Notes: generated from the letters alone by a model not told the origin. A stretch of DNA of 64,000 bases from an uncultured Candidatus Binatia bacterium (GCA_965218425.1 OZ244621.1:128001-192000), one strand, 5' to 3'. Counted from the first letter of the stretch, positions 31,297 to 42,245 are shown. Program-made: numbers and translations.

Positions 31297-31405
31297 CCAA
31301 ACTGGGGTTTAGGCGTGCTGCGAAACGAGTGGTATGGCGACTCAAGGGGATCGGTGGCCCGTCCGTTCGGCGCAGGTCGAAACCCTTAGCGGGAGCCAAA
31401 CGGAT

Positions 31406-31490
31406 AGCTATCAGCTCTCATCCTTCAGCTGTCAGCAAAGCAAGACAGCGGATCGAACTCTTCTCTACTCAGTCCTCAGCACTCGTTGCT
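31406..31490. repeat. Degenerate 7-nt-period repeat tract
   Basis: gctatca gctctca tccttca gctgtca; ctcagtcctcagca shared with the 17.9 kb tract. Confidence 0.65.
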
Positions 31491-31687
31491 CCGATGGCAG
31501 TGAGGATGAAGGGGGTGGGCATCGAACGTGCAGCCGCAGATGTTCACGGGCTTATTGTCCACGGCCTGAATACTCGCTACCCGAGGAGAGCTGAGCATGC
31601 TACGACGGGATCGCCAGCGGAGTCCCGTAGCAAATGGGCGGTCGAGAAGATACCTCAGCCACGCGTCTTGACAGAAAGCCTATGGGG

Positions 31688-31716
31688 TTGACAGCTGCCG
31701 ACTGTACCCTTAGAAA
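31688..31716 (+). promoter_or_regulatory. Putative sigma70 promoter of the liv cassette
   Basis: TTGACA-17nt-TAGAAA. Confidence 0.5.
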
Positions 31717-31768
31717 GAATGACGACGGAGGCAGGGAGCTGTCGGCTGTTTAACAAAGGAGGGTTCCT

Positions 31769-32962
31769 ATGAACAAAAAATTTCTCATTGCCGTTGCCCT
31801 TGCGGCGATGACGGCGACCGCGGCAAGCGTCAACGCTGAAAATGTAAAGCTCGGCATCATTGTCGGATTTACCGGCCCGATCGAATCGCTGACGCCGGAC
31901 ATGAGCGCGGGCGCGGAGTTGGCAATGAAGGAAGCAAGCGCATCCGGCTTTTTTCTCGGCGGCTCGACGATTACGGCCGTCAAAGCCGATTCGACTTGCG
32001 TCGATGCCGCGGCCGCGACGACTGCGGCGGAACGTCTTGTGACTGCGGACAAGGTAAAGGGCATCGTGGGCGGCGACTGCTCCGGCGTTACCGGCGCGAT
32101 CCTTCAAAAGGTGGCGCGTCCGAACGGCATCGTCATGATTTCGCCATCGGCGACCAGCCCCGCGCTTTCGACCGCGAAAGATGACGGGCTTTTCTTCCGT
32201 ACCGCGCCGTCCGACGCTCGCCAGGGCCAGGTCATGGCCAAAATAATCATGGATCGCGGCATCAAGACCGTTGCCCTTACCTACACCAACAACGATTACG
32301 GCAAAGGGCTTGCCGAATCCTTCAAGTCGGCGTTCGAAACCGCTGGCGGCAAAATCACGATCAATGCCGCGCATGAGGATGGCAAGGCCGATTATTCCGC
32401 GGAAGTCGGCGCGCTGGCCTCGGCGGGCGGAGAGGTACTCGTCGTGGCCGGCTATCTTGACCAAGGCGGCCTCGGAATCATCCGGACGTCGCTCGACACG
32501 GATGCCTTCAGAACTTTCGTCCTGCCCGACGGCATGGTCGGTGAATCGCTGGTCAAAGCCGTCGGTTCCGATCTCAGCGGCTCTTTCGGCCAGCATCCCG
32601 GAACCGACAGCCCCGGCGCAGCATTGATCGTCAAGTTGGGCAAGGAGAACGGTTTCAAGGGCGACACCCCGTTTGTTCCGGAATCCTATGATGCGGCCGC
32701 GCTCATCATTCTGGCCATGCAGGCGGCCGGCTCCTCGGACCCTGCGGCCTACAAGAGCAAGGTGATGAACGTCGCCAATGCTCCTGGGGAAAAAATTTTC
32801 CCCGGCGAACTCGGAAAGGCGCTGCAGATACTCAAGGACGGCGGCGATATCGACTATGTCGGCGGGTCGGCCGTCGAGTTGATCGGCGCCGGAGAATCCA
32901 GGGGCAACTACCGTGAAATCGAAATAAAGAAGGGCAAGATCGTCACGGTACGCTACTTCTGA
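31769..32962 (+). CDS. Branched-chain amino acid-type ABC substrate-binding protein
   Basis: Signal peptide, FTGP, SPSATSP, FFRTAPSD, NNDYG. Confidence 0.92.
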   Translation: MNKKFLIAVALAAMTATAASVNAENVKLGIIVGFTGPIESLTPDMSAGAELAMKEASASGFFLGGSTITAVKADSTCVDAAAATTAAERLVTADKVKGIVGGDCSGVTGAILQKVARPNGIVMISPSATSPALSTAKDDGLFFRTAPSDARQGQVMAKIIMDRGIKTVALTYTNNDYGKGLAESFKSAFETAGGKITINAAHEDGKADYSAEVGALASAGGEVLVVAGYLDQGGLGIIRTSLDTDAFRTFVLPDGMVGESLVKAVGSDLSGSFGQHPGTDSPGAALIVKLGKENGFKGDTPFVPESYDAAALIILAMQAAGSSDPAAYKSKVMNVANAPGEKIFPGELGKALQILKDGGDIDYVGGSAVELIGAGESRGNYREIEIKKGKIVTVRYF

Positions 32963-33039
32963 TGCCGGCGATGCTGTCACATCGAGCCAGCGGCACGGAC
33001 CGGTCCTTTTGGCCGCCGGTCCACGCATAGCGCCAGCGG

Positions 33040-33816
33040 ATGATTACCGTCCAGAACGTTTACAAGCATTTCGGGGGCGTACACGCGGTCGATGGGGTGT
33101 CTCTCGCGATCGCTCAAAACACGATCACCGGGCTCATCGGCCCCAACGGGGCCGGCAAGACGACGCTGTTCAATATCATCGCCGGGATGTACCGGCCGGA
33201 TTCGGGCAGTATACGTATGGCCGACGAGGACATCACGGGGCTGCCGTCTCACGAACTTTTCAAAAAGGGGCTTCTCCGCACATTCCAGATCGCCCACGAA
33301 TTCTTCTCCATGACCGTACGCGAAAACCTGATGATGGTTCCCGCCGGCCAGTCGGGAGAAAGCCTCATCTCGGCCTGGTTCCGCCCCGCGCGGGTAGCCG
33401 AAGAGGAACGGACCCTGGCCGCGAGAGCCGGGGAAGTCATGGAATTCCTTACCATCGGTCATCTCGCCGACGAACGCGCCGGAAACCTGTCGGGCGGGCA
33501 AAAGAAGCTTCTCGAGCTGGGCCGGACGATGATGGCGGAGGCCCGGATGGTCTTCCTCGACGAGGTCGGCGCAGGCGTGAATCCGACGCTGATGAAAACC
33601 ATCGGAGAGTCGATCGTCAGGCTCAATCGGGAGCGCGGCTATACCTTCTGCATGATCGAGCACAACATGGATACGATATCGAGTCTCTGCGATCCGGTTA
33701 TCGTGATGGCGGAGGGCAAGGTGTTGGTGGAGGGTTCGGCGAAAGAGGTGATGGCGAACGAAGAGGTTATCATGAAATATCTCGGCAGCGGGTTTTCCGG
33801 AGACGGTCCGGCATGA
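33040..33816 (+). CDS. livG: ABC ATPase, LivG-like
   Basis: GPNGAGKT, RTFQ, LSGGQ, LDE, IEH. Confidence 0.9.
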   Translation: MITVQNVYKHFGGVHAVDGVSLAIAQNTITGLIGPNGAGKTTLFNIIAGMYRPDSGSIRMADEDITGLPSHELFKKGLLRTFQIAHEFFSMTVRENLMMVPAGQSGESLISAWFRPARVAEEERTLAARAGEVMEFLTIGHLADERAGNLSGGQKKLLELGRTMMAEARMVFLDEVGAGVNPTLMKTIGESIVRLNRERGYTFCMIEHNMDTISSLCDPVIVMAEGKVLVEGSAKEVMANEEVIMKYLGSGFSGDGPA

Positions 33817-34517
33817 GCCTGCTCGTCGGAAAGAACATGACCGGAGGATACGGCGGCGTCGATATCCTCGACGGCTGCACGATCGCCGCCGAAACAGGCC
33901 AGATATCGGTGATCGTCGGTCCCAATGGAGCCGGAAAATCGACCGCGATGAAAGCGATCTTCGGGATGATCGACCTTCGCCGGGGATCGGTGCGGTTGCA
34001 GGGGGAAGACATAACCCGGCTTTCGCCCCGGGGCCGGGTGTCGAAAGGGATGGCTTTCGTTCCCCAGACCGACAACGTGTTCACGTCAATGACGGTGGAG
34101 GAAAACCTCGAAATGGGGGCCTTCCTTCGTCGCGACAACATCATGGAAACGATGGAACAGATCTACGAACTGTTCCCGGTCCTCAAGGACAAGCGGCGGC
34201 AACTTGCCGGCGAGCTGTCCGGAGGGCAGCGTCAGCAGGTCGCCATCGGCCGCGGCCTCATGACGCAGCCGAAGGTCCTGATGCTCGACGAGCCGACCGC
34301 GGGGGTCTCGCCGATCGTTCGGGACGAGATCATGTTCCGGATCATGGAAATTGTCCGCACCGGGGTCTCGATCCTGATGGTCGAGCAGAATGCGAGGCAG
34401 GCTCTGGCCATCGCCGACGCCGGCTATGTCCTCGTCCAGGGCCGAAACCATTATACGGATGAGGGAACCAATCTGCTCATCAACCCCGATGTCCGGAAGT
34501 CGTTCCTCGGACAGTGA
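33813..34517 (+). CDS. livF: ABC ATPase, LivF-like
   Basis: ATG overlaps the livG stop; GPNGAGKS, LSGGQRQ, LDEPT, VEQN. Confidence 0.9.
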   Translation: MSLLVGKNMTGGYGGVDILDGCTIAAETGQISVIVGPNGAGKSTAMKAIFGMIDLRRGSVRLQGEDITRLSPRGRVSKGMAFVPQTDNVFTSMTVEENLEMGAFLRRDNIMETMEQIYELFPVLKDKRRQLAGELSGGQRQQVAIGRGLMTQPKVLMLDEPTAGVSPIVRDEIMFRIMEIVRTGVSILMVEQNARQALAIADAGYVLVQGRNHYTDEGTNLLINPDVRKSFLGQ

Positions 34518-34520
34518 ACG

Positions 34521-35531
34521 ATGGATTTCCTGAACGCGGTCATCGTCCTGTGCAACTTCGTGATTATTCCGGCGACCGCCTATGGCTGCCAGCTTGCCCT
34601 TGGCGCGCTCGGGGTCACGCTGGTTTACGGGGTTCTGCGATTTTCCAACTTTGCCCATGGCGACATCATGGCCTTCGGCACGATGATTACGATCCTCGTG
34701 ACCTGGTGGTTGCAGGCGTCCGGCGTGTCTCTTGGCGTTCTGCCGACGGCGCTGCTCGCCCTTCCGGTCGGAATCGCCGCGGCTGCCGCCTTGTTGCTGG
34801 TCACGGATCGGATCGTCTACCGGTTCCACCGGCGCCGCAAGAGCGACGCGATGATATTCATGATCGCCTCCATCGGCGTCATGTTCGTTTTCAACGGTAT
34901 CGTCCGCCTGGTCATCGGCCCGGAGCATCAGCGCTTTGCCGACGGCGCCCGGTTTATCGTCAGGGCGCGTGAGTTCAAGAAAGCGACCGGGCTTTCCGAA
35001 GGTTTCACGATCAATGTGCCGCAGTCCATCACCGTCGTTGCCGCCGTGATCGCCGTCGCGGTCCTGTTCTGGTTCATCGGACGGACCCGCACCGGAAAAT
35101 CCATGCGGGCGATGGCCGATAACGAGGATCTCGCAAATCTGTGCGGTATCAATGCCGAGCGGGTGATCGCGGTCACCTGGATACTCACCGCGGCGCTCGC
35201 CACCACGGCCGGCGTGCTGTACGGCCTGGACAAGGGCTTCAAGCCTTTCACCTACTTCCAACTCCTCCTGCCGATATTCGCCGCGGCGATCGTCGGCGGA
35301 CTCGGCAATCCGGTCGGTGCCATCGCGGGAGGCTTCGTGGTCGCTTTCTCCGAAATATCGATTACCTACGCTTTTAAGAAATTTCTCGGCTATATTCTGC
35401 CGGAGAGCATGAGGCCCGAAAGCCTCGTCCAGATTCTTTCGACCGATTACAAGCTGGCGGTTTCTTTCGGCATCCTTATTCTCGTTCTCATGTTCAGGCC
35501 GACTGGCCTTATCAGGCGTGGATCGAAGTGA
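34521..35531 (+). CDS. livH: ABC permease, LivH-like
   Basis: GVTLVYG..NFAHG, GKSMRA, IVGGLG. Confidence 0.88.
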   Translation: MDFLNAVIVLCNFVIIPATAYGCQLALGALGVTLVYGVLRFSNFAHGDIMAFGTMITILVTWWLQASGVSLGVLPTALLALPVGIAAAAALLLVTDRIVYRFHRRRKSDAMIFMIASIGVMFVFNGIVRLVIGPEHQRFADGARFIVRAREFKKATGLSEGFTINVPQSITVVAAVIAVAVLFWFIGRTRTGKSMRAMADNEDLANLCGINAERVIAVTWILTAALATTAGVLYGLDKGFKPFTYFQLLLPIFAAAIVGGLGNPVGAIAGGFVVAFSEISITYAFKKFLGYILPESMRPESLVQILSTDYKLAVSFGILILVLMFRPTGLIRRGSK

Positions 35532-36826
35532 ACTGGAAAAACACCGCCCTGTTCGCGGCCGTCTTTGCGCTGCTCATTCTCGTCGGTCTGGTGCAGAGTT
35601 GGTCCGTTGCGCTGACGATTCTCAACCTGTGCCTGATCTCGGCGATCATGAGCCTCGGGCTCAATGCCCAATGGGGGTATGCGGGTCTGTTCAACTTCGG
35701 AACAATGGGCTTCGTTGCGCTGGGCGGCGTGGCCACCGTCATCGTTGGCATGCCGCCGGTTGGAGCGGCCTGGGCCGCGGGAGGATTGCAGGTGACCGCC
35801 GCGCTGCTGCTTGGCGGCGGAACCGTTACTGGCGCGATATTCCTCTGGAGACGGATGGCTCCCGGACGCCGGCGCTGGTTCACGCTCATTGCAATCCTGG
35901 TCGCCGGCGGTTACTTGTTCCGATCTGTCTTGGATCCGGCGGTCGCCGCCATTGAAAGGGTGAATCCCGCCGCTGCCGGTTATCTCGGCGGGCTCGGCCT
36001 TCCAATTCTTATTTCCTGGCCCGTCGGCGGGCTGCTGGCGGCGAGTGCCGCCTGGGTCGTCGGCAAGATGACGCTGGGGTTTCGTACGGATTACCTGGCC
36101 ATCGCTACGTTCGGAATCGCCGAAATCATCATTATTGTCATAAAGAACGAAGACTGGCTTGCCCGCGGCGTCAAAAACGTCGTCGGTCTTCCCCGTCCGG
36201 TCGCCTACGAGGTCGATCTTCAGAAATCGGAAGCCTTCCTCGGATGGGCGTCGCGTCTCGGCATGGACCCGGTCGATCTGTCATCGGCATATGTGAAACT
36301 GTCCTATGCCGCCCTTTTCGCCGCCGTGCTGTTGGTTCTGCTGTGGCTGTCCCAGAAAGCGCTCAATTCGCCCTGGGGGCGGATGATGCGCGCCATCCGC
36401 GACAACGAGATCGCGGCGGAAGCCATGGGAAAGAACGTAGCCGCTCGACACCTGCAGACATTCATTCTGGGCTCGGCCGTCTGCGGCATCGCGGGCGCGA
36501 TGATCACCACGCTGGACGGCCAGCTCACCCCCGGCTCTTACCAGCCTCTGCGTTTCACGTTCCTGGTCTGGGTCATGGTGATCCTCGGCGGCTCCGGAAA
36601 CAACTGGGGTGCCGTTCTCGGAGGCATGATTGTTTGGTTTTTTTGGGTAGAGGTCGAACCGGTAGGGCTGTGGCTGATGGACGTAGTTACCGCAGGCCTG
36701 CCGGAAGGCAGCGGCTTACGCGCCCACTTGCTGAGCTCGGCCGCCTACATGCGGCTGTTAACGATGGGCGTTATTCTTCTTCTTGTTCTAAGATTCTTTC
36801 CGCGCGGACTTATTCCGGAAAAGTGA
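35528..36826 (+). CDS. livM: ABC permease, LivM-like
   Basis: GYAGLFNFG, DYLAIAT, SPWGR..RAIRDNE, ILGGSG. Confidence 0.88.
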   Translation: MNWKNTALFAAVFALLILVGLVQSWSVALTILNLCLISAIMSLGLNAQWGYAGLFNFGTMGFVALGGVATVIVGMPPVGAAWAAGGLQVTAALLLGGGTVTGAIFLWRRMAPGRRRWFTLIAILVAGGYLFRSVLDPAVAAIERVNPAAAGYLGGLGLPILISWPVGGLLAASAAWVVGKMTLGFRTDYLAIATFGIAEIIIIVIKNEDWLARGVKNVVGLPRPVAYEVDLQKSEAFLGWASRLGMDPVDLSSAYVKLSYAALFAAVLLVLLWLSQKALNSPWGRMMRAIRDNEIAAEAMGKNVAARHLQTFILGSAVCGIAGAMITTLDGQLTPGSYQPLRFTFLVWVMVILGGSGNNWGAVLGGMIVWFFWVEVEPVGLWLMDVVTAGLPEGSGLRAHLLSSAAYMRLLTMGVILLLVLRFFPRGLIPEK

Positions 36827-37075
36827 AACCCGCGACAGGCAACCGAAACGTCCGCTGACAGTTCCTGTTTATTCTGCCCATAATCGCTGAGGATTGCACG
36901 GTTCGCGCCTCCGGCAGGGTCATGGTCTCGGCGTTGCCGACGGTGGCGAAGCGGATGCGGCCTCGCACCATGCGGCAGAGAATGAAGGAATCGACGACCA
37001 CTCGCTGGTCGCTTGATTGTCAGCTACGGAGCGTTGTGGAAGTTTCCTGATGACGCGGGCATCCGCTTTAAAAAA

Positions 37076-37153
37076 GCCTGCATGCCGCCGAGGATTGTAG
37101 AAGCCATCGATGTATCGGCCAATGGCAATCCCGGCGTGGCGTCTTGGCGTGAA
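37076..37153 (-). pseudogene. IS3-family transposase C-terminal remnant
   Basis: FTPRRHAGIAIGRYIDGFYNPRRH resembles the integrase-core tail YI..FYN..R.H. Confidence 0.6.
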
Positions 37154-37677
37154 AACCTTTGTTAAGGTGCCGCCGGGTCAGGTGAACCAATGCCATGAGC
37201 GCAAGTTCCTCCCGGAAATGTTGACTGTGTGTCCCCGGATTCCTTCCTGGTGATAAGCATTAAGACGCTGATGAAAGTAAGCCACCCCTGCGCCCACCAA
37301 CGCTACCAGCCAGCTCACATAGACCCAAAATCAAGAAGATTACGAGAATAACAAAACTGGAATAGAGGGCATCGTTGCGAGCCATCTTGGCAGCGAACAA
37401 GGTGAACAACACCCCCGCCAACTGCCAGAGGATACCGGCAACCACACCGCCGAATTGGTGCGCACTTGGGTGTAGGGAATGAATCTAAGGTTTCCAGATT
37501 CCTTTGAAAGATCCTCTCTCCACGTGGTCGGTAATCCATCTTTGTTAGATCCAAACGGAAAGCAGTGTGAAGGATTCCACCCCTGCTGTGACACCCATTA
37601 AAGATAAAGATCGGGGCAAGAAATATGCCAAAAATACAGGTTTGGAATGACTTGATTTCGCGGGCACCGGGCCCCTA

Positions 37678-38767
37678 TTGATCCTCGTATAATATAATGA
37701 CATCAGAAAAGGCTGGACTGTTTCCAGAAGGCGGTAACGAGACGAGGCCTGCGGCGCATTCGGCAAAGGGCCCGACGAGCATGGTGGCTGAGTTGAGCGA
37801 AGTCCTTGGCACAGAAGTTGGGCAGTTCATGATGCTTCCAGTATCCCCAGAGGTATTCGACGGGATTCAGTTCCGGTGCATAGGCCGGCAACCGTTCCAG
37901 CACCAACGCGCCTTCGGTAGCGGCAACAAAGTCCCGAACCAACCGGCTCCGGTGGCTGGGCAGTCCGTCCCACACTACCAGCAGCGGCCCGGAAACATGA
38001 CGCATCAAGTGCTTCAGGAATTCGATGATCTGGGGGCTCTTGATGGCTCCCGGATACACTCGAAAGTACAAGCGCCACCAGGTGACTCCGGCGATGGCCG
38101 ACAGACTCTTCCAGTTGAAGTGATATTGCAGCACTGGCGTCTGTCCTCGGGGCGACCACGTACGATACCGATTCGGCCGCTCGCTCAGCCCGCTTTCGTC
38201 CACGAACACTATGGTTCGCCCCTCGTTTCGGGCTTTTTTTTAATCTCCGGCCAGCGCTTCTTCTTCCACTGCCGGATCGCCTCTTCATCTCGTTCCAAGG
38301 CACGTCCCGTCGGCCGCTGGCAACTCCACCCCAACTGCCGCAATATCCGCCAAACATAGCCCGGATGGTATGTGACTCCGCAGGCTTCCCCAATCAAGTG
38401 GGCCACTCGCCTTGCGGTCCACAGGCTCGTGTCGTACCCCAGCGCTTCGGGTCCCCGTTTCAAACCGCCCTCGATCTTCTTCAGATCCGCCGGGCTCAGT
38501 CGCGGCTTGCGTCCGGCACGCCCCGCCTGCTTGAGCCCGGCTCTGCCGCTCTCGGCCAACTGCCGCGCCCATCGATTCACCGACTGGCGGTGCACTCCCA
38601 CCCAACGCGCCACCTCCGCCTCCGACAGCCCTCGCTTCAACAGCCTCCCCGCCTCCATCCGCCGCCGCTCCAATGCTTCAAAGTCCCGTCGCACTCCAAG
38701 TGGGTTTCCCATACCACCACTATACATTAAGTTCTTATCCAATGTCATTATATTATGCGGCTCTCCA
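37678..38767 (-). mobile_element. IS630-family element, copy 1 (1090 bp)
   Basis: Imperfect TIRs sharing ATAATATAATGACAT, TA duplication at 37676-77 and 38768-69. Confidence 0.93.
37703..38712 (-). CDS. IS630 transposase, -1 frameshift at A8 (38234-38241)
   Basis: HTH ORF then KKARNEGRTIVFVDESG, WDGL..H, YAPELNPVE. Confidence 0.92.
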
Positions 38768-38902
38768 TAGGGGCCCCCACCCACAAGACCCCGTGAACGC
38801 CGGTCAGGAACCGCTTCGAGACTGCAGCCAACTTCTTGGATTGACATCCACTCCTACTTGCGATAAGGACACCTTAAAAATTGAGTTGAAAAGGAGAAAG
38901 TT

Positions 38903-40102
38903 ATGAGTAGGATTCTGACAGCGATCAAGCAGAGAGGTTTTATGGGACGAGCTGCGTTGGGCGTGTTATCGCTGGGACTCGCCGCGGTTTGCGGCGCAGG
39001 ACCCGCGGCGGCTCAGGCAACTTTCGAGGAAAGGTGGCAAAAGCTGATCAAGGCCGCGCAAAAGGAAGCTGAGGTGGTGGTCAACTCGCCGGGCGGTAAG
39101 GTGCGGCCTAAGGTCCGGGCAGCCAAACCATTCCAAAAAAAGTTTGGTATAAAAGTCGTTATAAGGAAGGGCAGGGGCGAGTTGGTACAACAGATTAGGG
39201 CTGAGTATGCCGCGGGGAAACACTTGTCTGATGTCTGGGTGGGAGGTCACCGCCAAAATGCCACCGCTCTCGGACGCGACGGGATCATACAGCCCTTGGA
39301 ACCGCTGCTTTTCCATCCCGAAACGGATCGTTCCCACTTTTTTGGCCGCAAGTATTGGTGGTCTGACACGCAGCGGAAGTACTCTATGCTGTTCATCGCT
39401 ACTCCCACGACTTTGATGTCCTATAACACCAAGCTGGTGGATCCTAGCAAGTTTAATTCGTTCTGGGACCTTTTGCGGCCGGAATACAAGGGCAAGATCG
39501 CTGTCAACGAGCCCGATCCGGGTTCCAGCGCCAACGGCGTGCTGATTTTCATGTGGGCGAACAAAAACCTGGGCCCCAAGTATGTTCGCCGGCTAATCGA
39601 ATTCGCGGATGCCGGTAACGGAATCTTCGGAGAATGTCGGCAGGTCATCAACAAAATGGCCTTGGGCATCTATCCTCTGAGTCAGTTCTGCTACTCGGAC
39701 GTGTTGCGGGCACGCAGAAAGCAGGGTCTTCCAGTGAATAACCGAAGCTCAGCCAACCCATTCGTAGAAGGGTCAATCGTCACCGCCGGCGGAGGGGGTG
39801 CCCTCAGCGTTCTTGCCAAGCCACCGCATCCAAACGCTGCTAAGCTCTATGTCAATTGGTGGCTAACCCGTGAAGGCCAGACTCACTTCCAACAGGCCAC
39901 AGCGGACGGCGGTAAGTATTACACTTCCGCGCGTACGGATATACCAACAGATATGGTCGCGCCGCAACGCAGACGTGGCCCCGAAGTGCGGGCGGACACG
40001 GCTTTTTTCACCATGGCGAACCCAAACGCCACCAAATGGGGCCAGGAAGTCAACAAATTCTGGTTTAAGGTGCGGGCGGAAATGCGAGCTGAAAAGAAGT
40101 AA
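38903..40102 (+). CDS. Extracellular solute-binding protein (Fe3+/thiamine-like class)
   Basis: Signal peptide, AAQKE, YNTKLV, DLL.P.YKGKI, PHPNAAKLYVNW. Confidence 0.88.
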   Translation: MSRILTAIKQRGFMGRAALGVLSLGLAAVCGAGPAAAQATFEERWQKLIKAAQKEAEVVVNSPGGKVRPKVRAAKPFQKKFGIKVVIRKGRGELVQQIRAEYAAGKHLSDVWVGGHRQNATALGRDGIIQPLEPLLFHPETDRSHFFGRKYWWSDTQRKYSMLFIATPTTLMSYNTKLVDPSKFNSFWDLLRPEYKGKIAVNEPDPGSSANGVLIFMWANKNLGPKYVRRLIEFADAGNGIFGECRQVINKMALGIYPLSQFCYSDVLRARRKQGLPVNNRSSANPFVEGSIVTAGGGGALSVLAKPPHPNAAKLYVNWWLTREGQTHFQQATADGGKYYTSARTDIPTDMVAPQRRRGPEVRADTAFFTMANPNATKWGQEVNKFWFKVRAEMRAEKK

Positions 40103-40182
40103 TATCCTTAAACCGCAGGTGGTTACGGGTCTGGCCAGCCTCATCCAGAGGCCAGGCCCGCCCCACCGCAAGAGTGCCACCC

Positions 40183-41928
40183 ATGACTGACACCACCCTC
40201 CGGCCCGCTCTTCGTGCTCGGTTTGGGCTGCGGGTTCCTGGTTCCCGAGTGGGCCTGTTCATTATGTTCGTCCTGATCGTGATTGTCGGGACGTGGGTAC
40301 TGCTGCCGATTTCGCTCATCTTCCTCAACAGTTTCAATCTCGCCCCAGCGGGTCAAAGTCCCCAATACTCCCTTGCAAAGTGGGAACTCGCGTTTACCCA
40401 GCCTTATATCTTCCAGGCGCTCTGGAACACAATTTATGTGTGGTTTCTATACACGAGCATCAGCCTGCCCGTGTCTATAGCAGTTGCATGGCTACTGGGG
40501 AGATGTAATGTTCCCCACGCTCACTGGCTTGAGTTTGGGTTCTGGATTTCTTTCTTTTTCCCAAGCCTGACAACCACTTTGGGCTGGCTGCTTTTACTGG
40601 ACCCCGATACGGGGTTTTTGAATCAGCTCCTCGCCCTGCTGCCCTTCGTGGATAAAGGACCGTTCAACGCGTTTAGTCTTCCCTGCATAGTATGGGCTCA
40701 CCTGATGGGCAATGCCATCTCCATAAAGGTAATGCTTCTGACCCCGGCTTTTAGAAACATGGACCTCGCACTCGAGGAAGCGGCCCGCGTGTCCGGAGCG
40801 TCCAAATTAGGCGCTCTCTTCAGGGTTACGTTGCCGGTGATGGTCCCACCCATCGTGATCGTTTTTATGCTGAATTTAATCCGGATATTCCAGTCTTTCG
40901 AGACCGAATTGTTGCTAGGAACGCCTTTCGGATTTTTCAATTACGCCAGCATGATCTTTCGCATGGTCAGAATGATTCAGCCTGCGGACTTCGGAGCTGC
41001 ATCTGCAATGGGCAGCATCACCCTCATTGTGATCGCCATCGTCATCCCGTTGCAACGCTGGCTGACTCAGCGTCGGCGGTACCAGACCGTCACGGGGCGC
41101 ATGAGAACTGGATTGATAGATCTAGGCAGGGCACGCTATCCCATTTTCGTGGCCATACTGTTTTTGGTTGCACTGTTGACCATCATTCCCCTGTTCACGA
41201 TGGTGGCGGCCACCTTCATGGTACGCGCAGGTTTTTGGTACTCGACACCTCTGTTTACCTCCGAACACTGGATCTCACTCTTCGGCGACACGCTCTTTTG
41301 GGATGGTCTCAAAACCACGCTCATTTTAGGCTTGTCTACAGGTTTTCTGAGTCCTTTCTTGTTCTCGATTATGGGATACGTGTTAGCCCGGACACAATGG
41401 CGTGGCAGAGTGGCTCTGGACAGTATTATCTGGACCTCGTCAGCTGTGCCGGGGATGCTCTCGGGGCTGGGACTCATGTGGATGTTTCTGGGTGTACCGT
41501 TTCTCAGGCCGTTGTACGGCAGTATTGTCCCGCTCATATTGGTTGTTGTGTTGGGAGGCAAGCTGATTGGTGTTCAGCTTTCCAAGGCAGTGTTCTTCCA
41601 GATGGGTCAAGATCTCGAAGAGGCCGCGCGCGTATCTGGGGCAGGATGGTTCAGAGCGTATGTACGAATCTGGATCCCTTTGCTGGCACCGACGTTGGCA
41701 TTGCTTGGCGTCATTAACTTTGTGATGGCTGCAGGTACCACAAGCAGCATCATTCTATTGACTGCAGGTAAGACCACCACGTTGTCCATCCTGGCCCTCG
41801 AATGGGCGCGGGATGGACTGCTGGAAGTCGCAAGCGCTTACAATCTGATCATCGTCCTCCTCACCGTGGGTGTAGCTCTGATAGCGCGGGCATTTGGCCT
41901 ACGCGTGGGAATGACTCATAGCATGTAA
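40183..41928 (+). CDS. FbpB-like fused ABC permease
   Basis: Two LEEAARVSGA EAA loops, many TM helices. Confidence 0.9.
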   Translation: MTDTTLRPALRARFGLRVPGSRVGLFIMFVLIVIVGTWVLLPISLIFLNSFNLAPAGQSPQYSLAKWELAFTQPYIFQALWNTIYVWFLYTSISLPVSIAVAWLLGRCNVPHAHWLEFGFWISFFFPSLTTTLGWLLLLDPDTGFLNQLLALLPFVDKGPFNAFSLPCIVWAHLMGNAISIKVMLLTPAFRNMDLALEEAARVSGASKLGALFRVTLPVMVPPIVIVFMLNLIRIFQSFETELLLGTPFGFFNYASMIFRMVRMIQPADFGAASAMGSITLIVIAIVIPLQRWLTQRRRYQTVTGRMRTGLIDLGRARYPIFVAILFLVALLTIIPLFTMVAATFMVRAGFWYSTPLFTSEHWISLFGDTLFWDGLKTTLILGLSTGFLSPFLFSIMGYVLARTQWRGRVALDSIIWTSSAVPGMLSGLGLMWMFLGVPFLRPLYGSIVPLILVVVLGGKLIGVQLSKAVFFQMGQDLEEAARVSGAGWFRAYVRIWIPLLAPTLALLGVINFVMAAGTTSSIILLTAGKTTTLSILALEWARDGLLEVASAYNLIIVLLTVGVALIARAFGLRVGMTHSM

Positions 41929-42122
41929 CACGTATCGAGAGGCACAGCTATTTGGAACTGCTGCCAACTATTCGTGGTGCTCAGCAAATGACGCCTACCG
42001 TATAAGGCTGCGTCAATGCTTCTCCACCACTGGAAACTGCTTCCAAGAACCCTAGAGAAAAGGTTGTAATGGAAACCTCATCACCTTGTCCGTATGCCTG
42101 GAACTCTGTTGAACTTGTAATT

Positions 42123-42150
42123 CCCCGTGGTCTTGCCACGGGGTTCTTCA
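42123..42150. repeat. Hairpin resembling an IS200/IS605 subterminal end
   Basis: ccccgtgg-tcttg-ccacgggg followed by ttcttca. Confidence 0.4.
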
Positions 42151-42216
42151 TTTGCTAGTGCTTGTGACCCGGCGCGTGCTGATCAAGCACCACTTGGAGC
42201 GTACACCTGACTTCTC

Positions 42217-42245
42217 TTGACATCTGAAATTAATTTCAGTATAGC
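42217..42245 (+). promoter_or_regulatory. Sigma70 promoter with a palindromic operator in the spacer
   Basis: TTGACA-17nt-TATAGC; spacer contains the perfect palindrome CTGAAATTAATTTCAG (42224-42239). Confidence 0.7.

Noticed and set aside
31655..35261. Long minus-strand ORFs and the 502-aa ORF from 33009
   Set aside because: Shadows of the GC-rich liv genes; livF really starts at 33813
38903..38960. Tat signal in the SBP (KQRGFM)
   Set aside because: Only one arginine in the motif; a Sec signal is equally plausible
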